A stretch of DNA of 60,540 nucleotides, the filler included, from Piptocephalis cylindrospora (taxonomy: Eukaryota): NCBI GenBank assembly GCA_003614145.1. It is 11 parts of 11 records of this genome, joined end to end, with 100 filler letters (N's around TTAATTAATTAA, not from the genome) between each part and the next. Parts side by side here need not be neighbours in the genome. Positions count along the whole stretch, not along the records: positions 11,098 to 16,419 come from KZ988388.1; positions 16,520 to 21,948 come from KZ988389.1; positions 22,049 to 27,475 come from KZ988390.1; 8 more parts are not named here. One strand, written 5' to 3'. The notes beneath the pieces are model-generated. The model saw nothing but the letters and a program-made list of their open reading frames with translations, was not told the origin of the DNA and made no database searches. The translations under genes and the position numbers were made by a program. Numbering within the stretch: the first letter of the stretch is position 1; every line of letters starts with the position of its first letter. Shown piece after piece: positions 12,425 through 26,035 of this stretch.

Positions 12425-13933
12425 CTACTCCCTAACCCGAGCGACTGTGTCAATTAGCTCTCCATTGTCCTGATTCAATGCCCAGACCATGGCTCCGGCC
12501 AGTCCCTGCTCCTTGATGGCCGCCACCTTGGCCGAGAGGCTCTGAGGATCATCATAGCTGATGAACTGATGGGTGGATGGATTATACAACCAAGGCGTCT
12601 GGGTCTGGTTATCCCAGTGCCTCTCCCATCCCCCAGCAGCCTGGGTGGGGGAGGTGAGAATACCCTGCTCTCGCAGGTTCTTCCACTTCCACTGCCCACT
12701 TAGCACGGGAACCTCTCCAGGACAGGGCTCGGCCCAGGGCGCGTCATCCGAGTCACCCTGGGGAACGCTCTTAACAAAGTCCGTGTACATGGAATTGGCC
12801 GATGGAGCCTGGGAGGTGACCAAGGATCGGCCGTAGAAGGGCACGCCCATTACCAGTTTTTCTCGGGGGAATCCCGCAGAGGTCCAAGCCTGAACGGATT
12901 GTAGGACCGAGAAGGGATCTCCTCCTTCGGGAGATGCGGCAAGTGGGGCATTTGGGGCCGTCTTACTAGACCAGGACCCATTGATGTCATAGGCCATGAT
13001 ATTAATAAAGTCCAGGTATTCGGCGTAAGCCCGAACATTATCGAGGGGTCCGGAGGGTCCATCGAACGGCTGGACTCGGACGGCCAAAGAGATGAACTTG
13101 TCAGAGCCCAGTGCATCCCTGAGTTCACGGAGGAGAGTCAAAAAGTTTAGGGCATCCTGTTCCTTGTTGATCACATTACACACCATGCCCGTCCGTCCTG
13201 GATATTCCCAATCCAGATCAATACCATCCAGCCCGTATTGCTGTACCATGGCCTTGGTAGAACTGATGAAAGAGGCTCGGTGGCTAGCGGAGGCGGCCAT
13301 CGGAGAAAAGTACTTGGAGCCAGTCCAACCCCCGATCGACACGGCTACCTTGGCGCCCTTGGCATGGGCGCGGCTTACCACCTGTTCAAGAATGGGGCCC
13401 GAGGTTATGGTAGGGGCCCAAGTCTGGTCATCAAAGAGGGAAAAGGCATAGTTGATGTGCGTAACCTTATCATACGGAATAGCATCAGGCCCATATCTCC
13501 CTGAGGTCCAGTCCGTAAAGTAGGCCACTACCTTACGATCTGACTTAGTGGAGAACGATTGCGAGGGAGATTGGTTCGAGGGAGTCCTTGCCTGAGGTTG
13601 GGGAGGGGGGGATAGGATAGGTAATGTTTCTTGATCATCTTTCACATCACTCTCATTCTCCTCCCCCATCCACTCACTCCCGTACTCATCTACGCTTTCC
13701 ATGTTTTCTCGTACCTTATTCATTGGCTTGGCATGGGGAGCGTGAGTCACACCATTCTCCTTCTCGTTGAGCACCATGAACGAAGAAGTATTTTGGAGAA
13801 TCGGCTTTTTACCACGAGGATCGACCTCTGCGGTATTCGCCGTGGGAAGAGTGGTCGCCATGGCGGTTGAGGAGAGATCGGCGGCCAGGCCGATCAACAA
13901 GAGAGAAAGTACAGACGGTACGATATACTTCAT
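12425..13933 (-). CDS. Secreted GH18 chitinase (502 aa, intronless)
   Basis: Signal peptide; VVAYFTDW, THINYAF, SIGGW, catalytic DGIDLDWEYP, MAYD, ISYDDPQS, GAMVWALNQD. Confidence 0.95.
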   Translation of the reverse strand: MKYIVPSVLSLLLIGLAADLSSTAMATTLPTANTAEVDPRGKKPILQNTSSFMVLNEKENGVTHAPHAKPMNKVRENMESVDEYGSEWMGEENESDVKDDQETLPILSPPPQPQARTPSNQSPSQSFSTKSDRKVVAYFTDWTSGRYGPDAIPYDKVTHINYAFSLFDDQTWAPTITSGPILEQVVSRAHAKGAKVAVSIGGWTGSKYFSPMAASASHRASFISSTKAMVQQYGLDGIDLDWEYPGRTGMVCNVINKEQDALNFLTLLRELRDALGSDKFISLAVRVQPFDGPSGPLDNVRAYAEYLDFINIMAYDINGSWSSKTAPNAPLAASPEGGDPFSVLQSVQAWTSAGFPREKLVMGVPFYGRSLVTSQAPSANSMYTDFVKSVPQGDSDDAPWAEPCPGEVPVLSGQWKWKNLREQGILTSPTQAAGGWERHWDNQTQTPWLYNPSTHQFISYDDPQSLSAKVAAIKEQGLAGAMVWALNQDNGELIDTVARVRE

Positions 13934-14473
13934 TGAGAGAGATGGGAGAGATGGGGGTAGGGGGGATAAGAACGAGAGGATGGAAGGGAGATTGGGTATA
14001 GGGATGGAAATAACATCCGTTTGGTGGGCGATGAAGAATCTTTCATCCTCTTTTTATAAGGATTCTTACCACTCTTTGTCCTGTATATGGCCATACTATA
14101 TCGCTCGGAAACCCGTGAAGGTCTGGTATGCAAGCCAGTTATCAACCGTAGCTAAGGTTCATCTTAATTATACCATCGACCCGTCACCAAGCGTCCATAC
14201 TTCCCTTGCTTGCGACAAATACACACATTTCCCCTGATCAGCCATTGTATACGATAGAACTATGGTCTGGCTTTGGATCCAAACCGCATGCATACTTCTT
14301 CTCGTGTGTGCAAGGTAGTTATGGTTGACATAGAAGATACGGGATGTGCCCTCCCACCCTTCCAGGGGGAATGAGACTTGTGTGTTATCTACGAATTTCT
14401 ACTATATAGGGTGATCTCTCATACAAGATAACTCTAGATCAGGAATACGTAAGGGAATGGGAAACTAGGTCTA

Positions 14474-16129
14474 TTAGGAGAGAGTGGAACGAACATCATA
14501 GACTTGAGAGAGAGGCGTGCACACTTTAAGAAAAATTCTTGTACGTGGTCTTTTCGTAGGTCTTGCGATCGTATCTTCGACGCTTCTTGGCTGGGACACG
14601 AGGCTCGAGGATATTCCGCTCCTGAAGGGAATGAAATCTCTCTGAGAGAATATTACCTTGGGGCTATGAGGGAAAGAGGGGGTGGGTGAGAGGGGCGATG
14701 CCTCCAATACCTGGTCCAAAGCGACTTTACACTTACCTTAAGAAGACGAAGAGAGTCCGCCTGATCACTCTCAGTGCTCACATGGATCTGAGCCTCTGGA
14801 ACACTGATGATGGGAGAAAGGATGATGTTTAGGGAGAGCATTGGGCATTGCATCCTCACCTTTAGATAAGAAAGGAACTTACCGGTGCTTTCCGAGCTTC
14901 TTCCTTGGAAGATCCTTGGCCGCTTCCCGCCTCAGCCGACGTTCTTCGGCTTCTTGTTCTTTCTTCCTTTGTTCCTTGAGCGTCACCTTGGCCATGTCCT
15001 TGGCTTTAGCGGCATCATTAGCTAGTTGTCTCTGTCGTTTCCTCTCTTGATCCGCCTTCTCCCTCTCCTTTTGGGCAGCTTCCTTGGCTCGGATCCGCTT
15101 GGACTTCCTCGTGTCCCCTCCAGATACCACCTTGACTACAGTTTCTTCTTCCTCCTCCTCCTCTTCCTCCTCCTCGTCTTCTCCCTCAATGAGATCACGA
15201 CCATCCTGAGAGGGGGAGAGGATGAAGCAAACAAAGGAGAAACAGGTTATTCGTCAAACTTCACAAGCCCTTGATCCAGAAAAGTCCCCAACTTACCATG
15301 GCCTTGACTCGGGCGGAGACCTTGGCGCGTCTCTGAACCTCCTCGGCCCTTTCACGCCGCTCCCGGTCCTGGGTAGCGGCCTTATCCAGGAGATCTTGCC
15401 TATCCTCCTGAGTGGGAATGTACGAGGATCCAGGGTGGGCGAGCTGAACGGGAGCAGGGGCCTTCTTTGGGCCGGAGCCTACACTCTTGGGCATGCGAAT
15501 AGCCCGTTTCACCACTAGTTCCTCAATGTAATCTCCCCGCTTAACCAAGGCTGGGATGGCCTTTTTGGCATCTGCAGGGGCAAGGATAATAACATAAGTA
15601 TGAATGGAGTGACGTCAAAAAAGACATCATCCTTAAATTACTTACCAGTAGCCTGAGCGGTTCCCTCATCCCATAGACCCATATTGGCGGTCTTATCCTC
15701 AGAGGCCTTACGTTTAGCTCCCCCAGGGCCTTTACCGGCATTCCTCTTCAAGCTCTGGGCCATCTGTCCAATACGACTCTCTTCATGCTTGGATGTCTTG
15801 GACTGATCCTTCTTGGAAGGACCCTTCATGGTGGGAGGGACAGCTACCTTACTGCGCTTGTGCAAGACCTCGTAAGTCTTGAGTTGCATGCCTATAGTCC
15901 TCCGAACCTGCGCATCACCCTGAGTATCAACCTGGAAGAGGTCATCATCCTGTCGCTCCTCAATCCGTCCTCCGGTCATCTCCTCAGCCCGAATCTGCTC
16001 CTGACCCTGCTCGACATCGTTGATGTCCACATTCTTCCTCCAGGCCTTCTTGCCCTTCCGAGAGTGCTTTTGATACTGGGAGGGTCTCCCAGGCTGGACG
16101 GGCTCAGTGGTCTTTGACCCAGACGACAT
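14474..16129 (-). CDS. NOP53: Ribosome biogenesis protein Nop53 (GLTSCR2), multi-exon
   Basis: SRKGKKAWRKNVDI, DDDLFQVDTQG, HPGSSYIPT..DRQDLL, KKLGKHR, SLRLLK and C-terminal SSLVSQPR; 3' end approximate. Confidence 0.88.
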
Positions 16130-16730
16130 GGTGCTTGGAGAGAAAAGGTGTTCTTTCCGGTCAATGAGGAGAATCCACGGGTTGGGATTCAGGGATAGGG
16201 AGAAGAAGGGTGAAGGGAGAGAAAGACTAGCGCGTACAAGAGGACTCAGGATCACTTTCTTTTTGTCAACTGGTCGCTGGCTCTGCGCACACTCTATGGA
16301 GGACTGTCGGTGCTGCCGCTGTGCCTGATGACCTGAACCAAAGTGCGCAGACCAAGGGCGATATAGAACAAAAAAAGAAAAATCTCACTCTTACCCCCCC
16401 GCCTTCCACACACCTCTAANNNNNNNNNNNNNNNNNNNNNNNNNNNNNNNNNNNNNNNNNNNNTTAATTAATTAANNNNNNNNNNNNNNNNNNNNNNNNN
16501 NNNNNNNNNNNNNNNNNNNTAACACGATGAGGCGGCATCATTCATTTCCACACAAGGAAATCCCAGCCATATTCACAAAAATACAGGTTAGAGGAATAGC
16601 ATTACCAGTCAGCCTCATCGTAACAGGTATGCCATGTGTGGGGGAGGACCTTCCTGTTCATCAGTAAATAAATCCGGCTATCATCAATCATCAATCGTCA
16701 TCATCATCATCGTCCCCTACTACTCCCGCT

Positions 16731-17621
16731 ATGGACATGCTCTCTCCCACACTAGTATCCATTCTGGTCGCCTTGCTCGTGGCCGTGGGGACCGCCATGT
16801 ACCTCTGGAAGGGGCCTAGTAAAGGAAAAAGGGATACAGTAATCCTGGTGGGCCCGGCGGCTTCGGGGAAAACGGCCCTCTTTTCCAAGCTTTGTCTCGG
16901 GAGAGCTTCTGCTACAGCCGGATCCATGGCTTCAAACGAGGGCAAGTGGCCTAGGGAATCTGAATCCGAGGAGTCCGCTGATGGTTCGATTCTACGCATT
17001 GTTGACCTCCCAGGACACGAACGTCTTCGTGGAGCCTTTACCCAACATGTAGAGCGTGTGCGAGCGATCGTGTATGTCGTAGACGCCTCCACCCTGAATC
17101 GTCAATTACGAACCTCTGCCAGGTAGGCATACTAGGGATACATATCATGGGAAAGACACGACTCATCCTTCTCCTCTGTCCTTCCAGTTACTTGTACGAT
17201 ATCCTGGTGGATGGGACCGTGGAATCTCAGGAGATCCCACTACTGATTGTCGCTGGAAAACGTGACATCCTCACATCTCTTCGACCTGAACGCGTTCAAG
17301 CCCTTCTTGAAGGGGAAATGTATGTTTCAAGGCGGGGAATGAGCACATGTTTTTATTACCTTTCATCTCACCCCCCACATGTCACATTCTTCGATTAGTA
17401 ATAAGCTTAGGGTCACCCGCACAACTGCTCCAGAATCCCTGGATCCGGATGCTGAAGCCGAGGAACGTACAACCTTTCTGGGCTATGAAGACCAGCCTTT
17501 CCGCTTCACCCATCTTCCCAATCCGGTCGAAGTGTGTGGCATGGATAATGTCACTGAAAATGGTATCCAAATCCTGGAGAATCGGCTAATGGACTGGCTG
17601 AATGAACCTTTCATGAACTAA
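16731..17621 (+). CDS. SRP102: Signal recognition particle receptor beta subunit, 3 exons
   Basis: N-terminal TM anchor, GPAASGKTALF (G1), DLPGHERLR (G3), LIVAGKRD (G4), LEGEINKLRVTR; introns approx. 17123-17187 and 17320-17398. Confidence 0.92.
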
Positions 17622-18226
17622 TGAGGGCTTGTCCAAGAAGGGAATGTCAAGGAAAGGAAAGGGTAGAAGAACGAGGCATATACATTGGTTTTCCATGTGA
17701 CCTATTTATCTATCCATTTCCGAGCTGCATCGCAATGACACTGGACTAAGGATATATAGTCTTTTGCTATTATTAGCAAGAGAGGACAGCGGATTGGATC
17801 CTCTTCTTAGCATATGCCTCATTCTGCCCCCATCTCCTCAAGGCATCTCTATCGCACAGGATGATGAGTATCTCGCTTTGAAAAAAGTTCAACCCATAGC
17901 CATAGTAGTAGTAAACAGCGTTCAACCCATAGCCATCACTCCTCTCCCACTACCCAAAATTCGAATTCTGCTTATTTCTAATCGCCTATTTTCAATAATT
18001 TCTTACACAGCAAAGACTGCTACCATGATAATGATGTCTGCCAGTACACTTTCCACAACAAAAGACCGCGGTCCTTGCCTCGAATTCGCTTCCCTGTCCA
18101 TTTTTTCTAGACTCCTCCATCTATCACTCTCCCCTCCCTTCTCTCCCTGCCCTACCCTGGTCATCCTTCCTCCTCCTCACCTCACCCTCTTCCTCCCTCC
18201 CTCTCCCTTCCCAGGTAAGGACGGCC

Positions 18227-21200
18227 ATGTCCTTGTACCCCTACCACAAGACGCTCCTCCCGCCCTCGGGTGTGGACCATGCTGCCTTTGCCTCCTTGGT
18301 CCCCCACCAACCCGCCAGTTTGGTTGTTGTGCGAGCCACCTTGCTTCAGGTCTTTTCCGTGGGTGTTCAAGGAAAACTGGACATGCAGTATGAGGCCACC
18401 CTCTCCGGCAAACCCTCGGACCTCGCGGTGATTCGTGCGTCCTCCCCCTCCCCCTCTCACTTCACCACGGATCGCATTCTCCTTGCCTTTTCCGAAGCCA
18501 AGGTAGGTGGAATTGAGAAAAATTGCTTTCAATATCTCGTATTGACGTTCATTTCACATCTTCATGATGCGTTTCACTCCTTTTACTAGCTCTCCATCCT
18601 TGAGTGGGATGCCGGGATTCATGCTCTCACCACAACTTCCTTGCACTATTACCAAAGGGAAGATCTAAAACGCGAGTTCCTCGAAGATGTTTATCCTCCA
18701 GAAGTACGTGTCGACCCCAATGGTCGATGCGGTGCTTTGCGCTTCTATGGTAATCAGATTGCCATCCTTCCCTTTACTCGACATGAAAAGACTACTACAC
18801 TGGCTACTCCTTTGTCCAAGGCTTCCGGAGAGACCCCAGGAAGCAACGGTCTTGCCAACGGAGGTGATCCTTCCTCGATCGGCCCAACAGCCCATCTCCT
18901 TCAAAACCGTACGGCCTGGCCCTACCCTTCTTCCTTCATTCTGGATCCAGCTGATAGTGTAGATAAATCCATTCGTAAAGTCATTGACATGGCCTTCCTC
19001 CCCGAGTATCACGAGCCCACCTTGGCTATCCTCTACGAGACTCAACCCAATTGGACTGCCCGTCTCTATGCTCATAAGGATACTTGTGCACTGGTCGTCA
19101 TTTCTCTCGACATGACTCGCCAACTCTATCCTATCCTCTATCGCATTGCCGACCTCCCATACAATGCCTTTGCCATCCTTCCGTGCCCTCGACCCACCCC
19201 TGGAATTTGTATCCTTACCCCAGATGCCGTTATCCATGTGGATCAGGGAAGTCCCGTGGTTGGAAGGGCCGTCAATGGCTATGCTGCCCAGACCACTTCC
19301 TTTCCCTTTAAGCCCGATCTAGGAAACGAGGGAATGGCCCTCTCGTTGGACGGGGCTATGGCTTCCTTCCTCGACCCTACCACTTTAGTTCTTAGTCTGC
19401 ACCAAGATGGGCTTCTGGTGGCTGTGGAGCTGGTGCGGGACGGACGATCCATTGTAGATCTTCGTCTTGGGAAAGTGGGAAGCAGCGCCATCTCGAATGC
19501 CATTGCTGTCTGTCCCACAATGAGCTCTCGGGTCCCCACTGAATCCTCCTCTTGGTCCCTAGGATCAGGATCATTACTCTTTCTCGGCAGTAAGGCAGGA
19601 GATAGTCTACTCATTCATCATGGACGAGACGAAGAAAAGGTAGGGAACCAGGAAGATATTTCCCTTCGGAATCTCCATCGTATTCGCGAAACCTCCCTTC
19701 GATCTCGAGGCAACGACCCAGGCTCGGCTAATGTGAGAAAAGGGGAACATGGACTGGGAGGGCAGGATGAAGAAGAGGAGGATGTGGAAGAAGTCAATTT
19801 GTACGGTACCAGCCAAGTCACTGGATCATCCTTTCCTTCCATGGAGTCCCAGAGACGTTCAGGGGCCGGGGATGGCCCCAAGTCCCGGAAGCGAGATGCT
19901 CGGGGGACTCTTGTGGGCCAGCATACCCTAAGGGTTGTCGATAGCCTTTCAGGTGTGGGAGCCATTGTCGATATGGATGCCGGGAACGCTGTGGACCTAG
20001 AAGAGCATGAGGATGAGACCATGGATGGGCCCGGGACACGAAAGGGGCCAAGAGCGAAGAAGGGCGCTCAGCCAGACATGGGTCTTGAACTCTTGGTTGG
20101 AACGGGGTATGGCAAGCAAGGGGCCCTGTGTGTCCTTCAGCAACGGATGCGCATGAAAGAAATGGGCAAATTTTCCATTAAGGGCATTGAAAATCTCTGG
20201 ACCTTAGGCCATCGCCCTACTCTCCCCAAAAGTGCATCCTCTCGATATCCGTATGATCGCTACGTGATGTGGTCCATGCGTGGAGAAGAGAGATCAGTCG
20301 TTCTGGATGCGGATGAAGAGCTCACGGAGCTAGTTGCTAGTGGCTTTTCAACCACTCAACGCACCATCATGGCGGGAGACCTCACTGACCAGTACATGGC
20401 TCAAGTTACCTCCCGTGGCATTCGTGTCCTTGATTCTTCCGGCTCCTTGATCCATCAGATTGAATTTGCACCTCTAGGTCTTCGGGCCCACCGGGCCTCT
20501 GTAGCTTCTGGATGGGTGACCGTCCAATGGAGGGCGGATCGACCCGGAGGCGCGGGAAGCGGAGGACCCCCACCCGCAGCAATGAGCCCTAAGGCGCTCA
20601 ACGTGTCCTCTGTAGCAGATTCTGAGGATAAGATGATGACCGACGTCGAGAATGAGGCTAGCGTAGACGCAGAAACCGTGACAAAGGACATGGACGATGT
20701 AATCGTGGAGCGAAAGGAGGATCAAATGACTACTAAACAACAGGCTCAAGATACCGCTAGTGCTCCCCCCCCCCTGTGCCTAAGGATAAGCGACACGGGG
20801 CTTTAATGATCTGGGAGTGGGATGATCAAGCCAAGGAGTTGCGGAGGCGACCTCAGCCCATTGATCTTGATGATCCCAACATTTTTTCCAGTTCTCCGGA
20901 TGGAGATCCTGGTCAGAGAGTCAAAGCTTTTCATCTTTACACTGCCAATCCCTCTGTCCTTCCGTGCCAAAAGCATAGGCCACAAAAATCTGGTATTTTC
21001 TCCCGCTCAGGAGAGACAAACAAGGATGTCATGATGGCCAAGGAAGGAGAGCAAAATGGAGCTGGGTCGGCCATGGAAGAGGATGAGGAGGATGATATTG
21101 ATAAGGAATTGTATGGATCAGATAGCGAAGATGCAAAGGATAACTCCGACAGGGCTGTGGAGTCAGGTACTAGTCCTACTGATGTATCTAATGAGTCCGA

Positions 21201-21948
21201 CGGGGCAAGTCAAATCCCTGATCATGAGTCTTCTGAAGAAAGCCTCAAAACCCAGGCTGTACCCTGGCTCGTTGTGGCCTTGGCCAATGGCACCATCCTC
21301 ATTCTTTCCCTACCTACCTGGCGGATAGTATTTCGGACCTTCCCTTCTGCTGTCTTGGATGGGAAGATCCTGCTGGTGGACTCTATCTCCCATTCTTCCT
21401 CTAGGCAAGTCAATGGATCCGGTCTAGCTGATGCTCCCAGAAAGGAAAGGGGTCCTGGCAGCGGCAAGGATCACGTGGTCGAAATCCTCATGATGGATAT
21501 GCGTGGACCAGGTACCATTGGCTCCCCCATGCCTCATCTTTACGTACGGTTTTTTCCTTTGAATGATCTCGGGTGTGGATGTGGATTAAGATGGGTGGAG
21601 GAAGAGGAGGAGACAATGTATCATGCATTCTCCCTTCCCCCTTCTCCCTCCACCTTGGGGTACTGTCCCTATTGCCATTGATACTCACACTATACCCACC
21701 CCATGGCCACTCCCCCTCTTTAAACTCTTCCCCCTGCCCACGCACTCTCTTCTAGGTTGCGACACATCGTGGGAATATATTTGTGTACAAGGCTTTTCCC
21801 TTTTTCTCCTCCAGGGCTAATGTAGATCCAGATCGACTCGCGGTACGTCTCCGACGATGGACTGACGCTCAGCATCTTTTCCTCGAACAAGGGCCCAACG
21901 GGAAACGGAAATCTCAGAATCGCGTTCTCCTTCCTGTCCCTCGGGTCT
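18227..21948 (+). CDS. CFT1: Cleavage and polyadenylation specificity factor subunit 1 (CPSF160/Cft1), 3' truncated
   Basis: DRILLAFSEAK(L)SILEWD, SLHYY, VRVDPNGRCGALRFY, EPTLAILYE, LFLGSKAGDSLL, GTGYGKQGAL. Frame change near 20700-20775. Confidence 0.92.
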
Positions 21949-22048
21949 NNNNNNNNNNNNNNNNNNNNNNNNNNNNNNNNNNNNNNNNNNNNTTAATTAA
22001 TTAANNNNNNNNNNNNNNNNNNNNNNNNNNNNNNNNNNNNNNNNNNNN

Positions 22049-24444
22049 CCTCCTTCCGTCCTGTTAAAACGGAACCTGTCCTGGCCTCCTCCTCTTCCTC
22101 TGAGGAAGACCTGCCTCTGTCGACGCTCCTAGGAAAGCGAAAGCGTCAGATCGCCTCACCTGGCGCAACAGTCACGCGGATCAAGCGAGAATCCCCCACG
22201 AGCACCTCCAAGATCATAGCCCCCAAGCGTTCCTCAACTGCTTCTCCCAGGACAAAATCTTCTCTAAAGTCCCCTGCATCCACCACCCCCTTGGTTCGTC
22301 AGGTCAAGAAGGAACCAAAATTCGAAATGGACGAGGAGGGCGAAGACGATGATGATGAGCACAAGTGGTGGCTGGAGAACCGGTGGGATGATTCGGTCAA
22401 GTGGAAGACCCTAAGTCATGCCGGTGTCCTCTTTCCCCCTCCATATATCCCCTTACCTAAGGGCATCCGCATGAAATATGATGGTGTCCCTGTCTCCCTT
22501 CCCCCAGAGGCTGAGGAGGTCATGGGCTTCTTTGCCGCCCTTCTTGGCACCGATTATGAGGCCGACGAGGTCTTTGTCCAGAACTTCTTCACCGACTTCC
22601 TCTCCATCCTCGCCCGTTATCCCCCCACCAACCCTGTCATCCGGTCCTTTGCTCTCTGTGACTTCCGCCCCGTCTTTGACCACTTCCAGATGGTCAAGGA
22701 TCAGAAGAAGGCCCTGACCAAGGAGGATAAGGAAAGAGCCAAGGAAGAAAAGGCCAAATTGGAGGAAAAGTACGGATGGGCCTACCTGGATGGTCGCAAG
22801 GAAAAGGTGGGAAACTTCCGCATCGAACCTCCAGGTCTCTTCCGTGGTCGGGGAAAGCACCCAAAGACTGGTATGCTCAAACGACGCGTCCTCCCTGAAC
22901 AGGTCACCCTCAACATCGGCAAGGGAACCCCTATCCCCCCGCCCCCCAAGGGACACAAGTGGGGCAACATTAAGCACGACCAGACCGTCACTTGGCTCGC
23001 CACCTGGAATGAGAATATCAACGGCTCCACCAAGTACGTCTTCCTCGGAGCCACCAGTAGTCTCAAGGGTATAAGTGATTTGAAAAAGTTCGAAAAGGCT
23101 CGGGAGCTCAAGGGACACGTCCACCGCATCCGCAAGAACTATACCCGAGATCTCAAAGATCGTCTTATGGCCGTCCGTCAACGCTCCACCGCCCTCTATC
23201 TCATTGATCAGTTGGCCCTACGTGCCGGAAATGAAAAGGGCGATGAGGAGGCTGACACCGTAGGCTGTTGCTCCCTACGATGTGAGCATATCCGACTGGA
23301 ACCCGAGGGGAATCGCGTTATCTTTGATTTTCTCGGCAAAGACTCCATCCGTTATCACAATGAGGTCGAGGTCACTCACCAGGTCTGGAAGAATCTACGT
23401 CACTTCCTCCGGGGCAAGTCCCCCTCTGATGATGTTTTTGACCAACTGAGGACCGCCTCCCTCAACAAGCACCTCACTTCCCTTATGCCTGGTCTTACCG
23501 CCAAGGTCTTCCGTACATTCAATGCCTCCCACACCATGGAGGCCCAACTTCGCCTTCTCACCAACTCCGCCGCCCCTGTTAGCGACAAGGTCCTTGCCTA
23601 CAATCGTGCCAACCGGGAGGTCGCCATCCTGTGTAATCATCAACGAAGCGTTACCAAGAACCATGGGGCTCAAATGGATCGGCTTGGGGATAAGGTAATC
23701 TTACTACTGGATAGAGAGAAGGGTATGTGTCGTGTCATTGTGTCTGATCGTCTCTCTCCCACTTCCAACCCTACTAGCTCAAGTCAGTCAAGTATCAGCG
23801 GTGGAGGGTGAAGAGGAAGCTCTTGAATGTCGATCCCAAGCTATCCAAGAAGAGACCAGAGCTCAAGGAACCCGAATCCGACTTGGAGCCCGAGTGGTGT
23901 GAGAAACATGAGATGGACTTGGTGGAGAAGGAGAAGGAAAAGCTGAGAAAGAAGTTTGATAGGGAGAACGAAAAGGCCCTGGCCGATGGAAAGAAGAAAT
24001 TGTCGGAGAAGGAATTGAAGGTCTGGTTCAAGGAGGCCGAGGTTGTGGGCAAGACCTATGCCAAGGAGCGGAAGTCCGGTAAGGTCCTGGCCGGAGCTCG
24101 GGATACCCAGGATCGACTCGAGGCCGCCCTGGCCAAACTGGATGAGCGGATTTCTGTCATGAAGAATGATGCCATTGACAAGGTATGTTCTCTTGATCCT
24201 TCTAAAAGAAGGAAAAGACGCAGAAGCATATCCCATCCAACTCATGCCCCTTTTCCCCTCTCCCTCTCAATAGGAGGAGAACAAGACGACAGCACTGGGC
24301 ACCTCCAAGCTTAACTACATTGATCCTCGCATTACCTCAGCTTGGTGTAAGCGGGAAGGAGTTCCCCTGGAGAAGATGTTCAACAAGACCCTGAGAGAAA
24401 AGTTCAAGTGGGCCATGGACACCGAGGGAGATTGGGAGTTTTAG
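22049..24444 (+). CDS. TOP1: DNA topoisomerase IB, 5' truncated
   Basis: [67 protein letters not shown] and catalytic [11 protein letters not shown]; introns approx. 23695-23777 and 24183-24273. Confidence 0.97.
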
Positions 24445-24906
24445 GGGGCCTAGATTGAGGGGAAGATGGGGACGGAGATGGGGACCGGTGGATGCAGCTT
24501 GATTGTCTAGTGAAAGGGACATATTCTACATGTGAAATTGTAAGAACGGGGGAGGGGGGAGGGCATCGGCATTGAAAATCAGGTTTATCATGTTGCTGCT
24601 GTTGTTGTTGCTAGGTAGTTTAGTGATCGGAGGATTTAATTTCCCAATGTCAAGAGCATTTTCTTGCAAGATGTGCTTACCTCATCCATCAACTTGGAGC
24701 GTACATATCTCTCTTGTGTGTGTGTGTGTGTGTGTGTGGGAGGGTTTCATCCAGATCGTCGGTACTTCTCCTTGAGCATCACATCATTACCCAACAAGTA
24801 CTGACTCGTACTCGAATCGAATATTCTCTTGTCCCATGCTTCAACCCTTTAATCCTTTACCTAGCCATCTTCCCTCGTCCTTCCTTGCTACTTATATTCC
24901 TTGCAC

Positions 24907-26035
24907 ATGACCATGATCCCAGAACGAAAGATCCTGACACCAAGAGACCTTGAGCTCTTCAAGGAATCCTCTGCTTACGCGGACTACATTGGTTTTGTTG
25001 AACGACTCAACGACGCCGTCATCAATATCCGGACCCGGGAGACGGTCAAGGAAAGTGATCTGACCAAGGCTCTTGTCGCCATGCTCAAGACTTTGCAGCA
25101 CTGGGTCAAGGAGATCCCCGCTGTGGAAAATGCCCAGTCCCGCTTTGGAAACCCGGCGTTCCGCGACTTTTACGACCGGGTCCAGGAGAATCAGGATTCC
25201 CTGCTTACCCCGTTAGGTTTGAGCCAGGAGGAGCGAGAAGAGGTGGGGGCTTATCTTATGGGCAGCCTTGGTGACCGCCAGCGGATCGATTATGGAACAG
25301 GGCACGAGGCTGCTTTTATGGCCTTTCTCCTGTGCCTCGAGAAGCTGGGTAAGCTGGATCACACCGACCATCCAGCCATGGTCCTACGTATCTTCTATGG
25401 GTAAACACAGTGTCTGCGAGGATATGACCAGGGTACCTTCTTATCTCATAAACCTGCTTCATCGTAGATACATTGACCTTATGCGTCAGCTCCAATTTAC
25501 CTACTGGCTCGAACCCGCTGGGTCCCATGGGGTGTGGGGCCTGGATGATTACCATTTTCTCCCCTTTCTCTTTGGGAGTGCCCAGCTCCGAGATCACAAG
25601 TACATCCGGCCTAAAGCCATTCATGATAAGGAATTGGTCGAAGAGTACGCCGATGACTACATGTACCTAGCGTGCATCCGCTTTATCAATGGGGTCAAGA
25701 CCGAGTCCCTTCGGTGGCACTCACCCATGTTGGATGATATCTCCGGTGTGAAGAGCTGGGTCAAGGTGAACAGCGGCATGATTAAGATGTACAAGGCGGA
25801 GGTCTTGAGCAAACTACCGATCATGCAGCATTTCCTCTTCGGGTCCCTCATTGCTTTCCAGGGTGAGAGCCGGCCTGAGGATCTTCAGGAGGCTGAGGAG
25901 GAATGCGGCCATGTCCATGCCATGGGTAAGGAAGCTCCTATATGTTGCGGTATCAAGATCCCCAGTGCCATTGGTGCCTCTCAAGCCGCTGGGTCTGGAG
26001 TATCATCAGGTCCTCGTCGTATTCCTTTTGATTAG
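24907..26035 (+). CDS. RRD2: PP2A phosphatase activator (PTPA, Rrd2-like)
   Basis: SRFGNPAFR, RIDYGTGHE, YWLEPAGSHGVWGLDDYHFLPF, SLRWHSPMLDDIS, EVLSKLPIMQHF, C-terminal RIPFD; one intron approx. 25401-25468. Confidence 0.92.
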
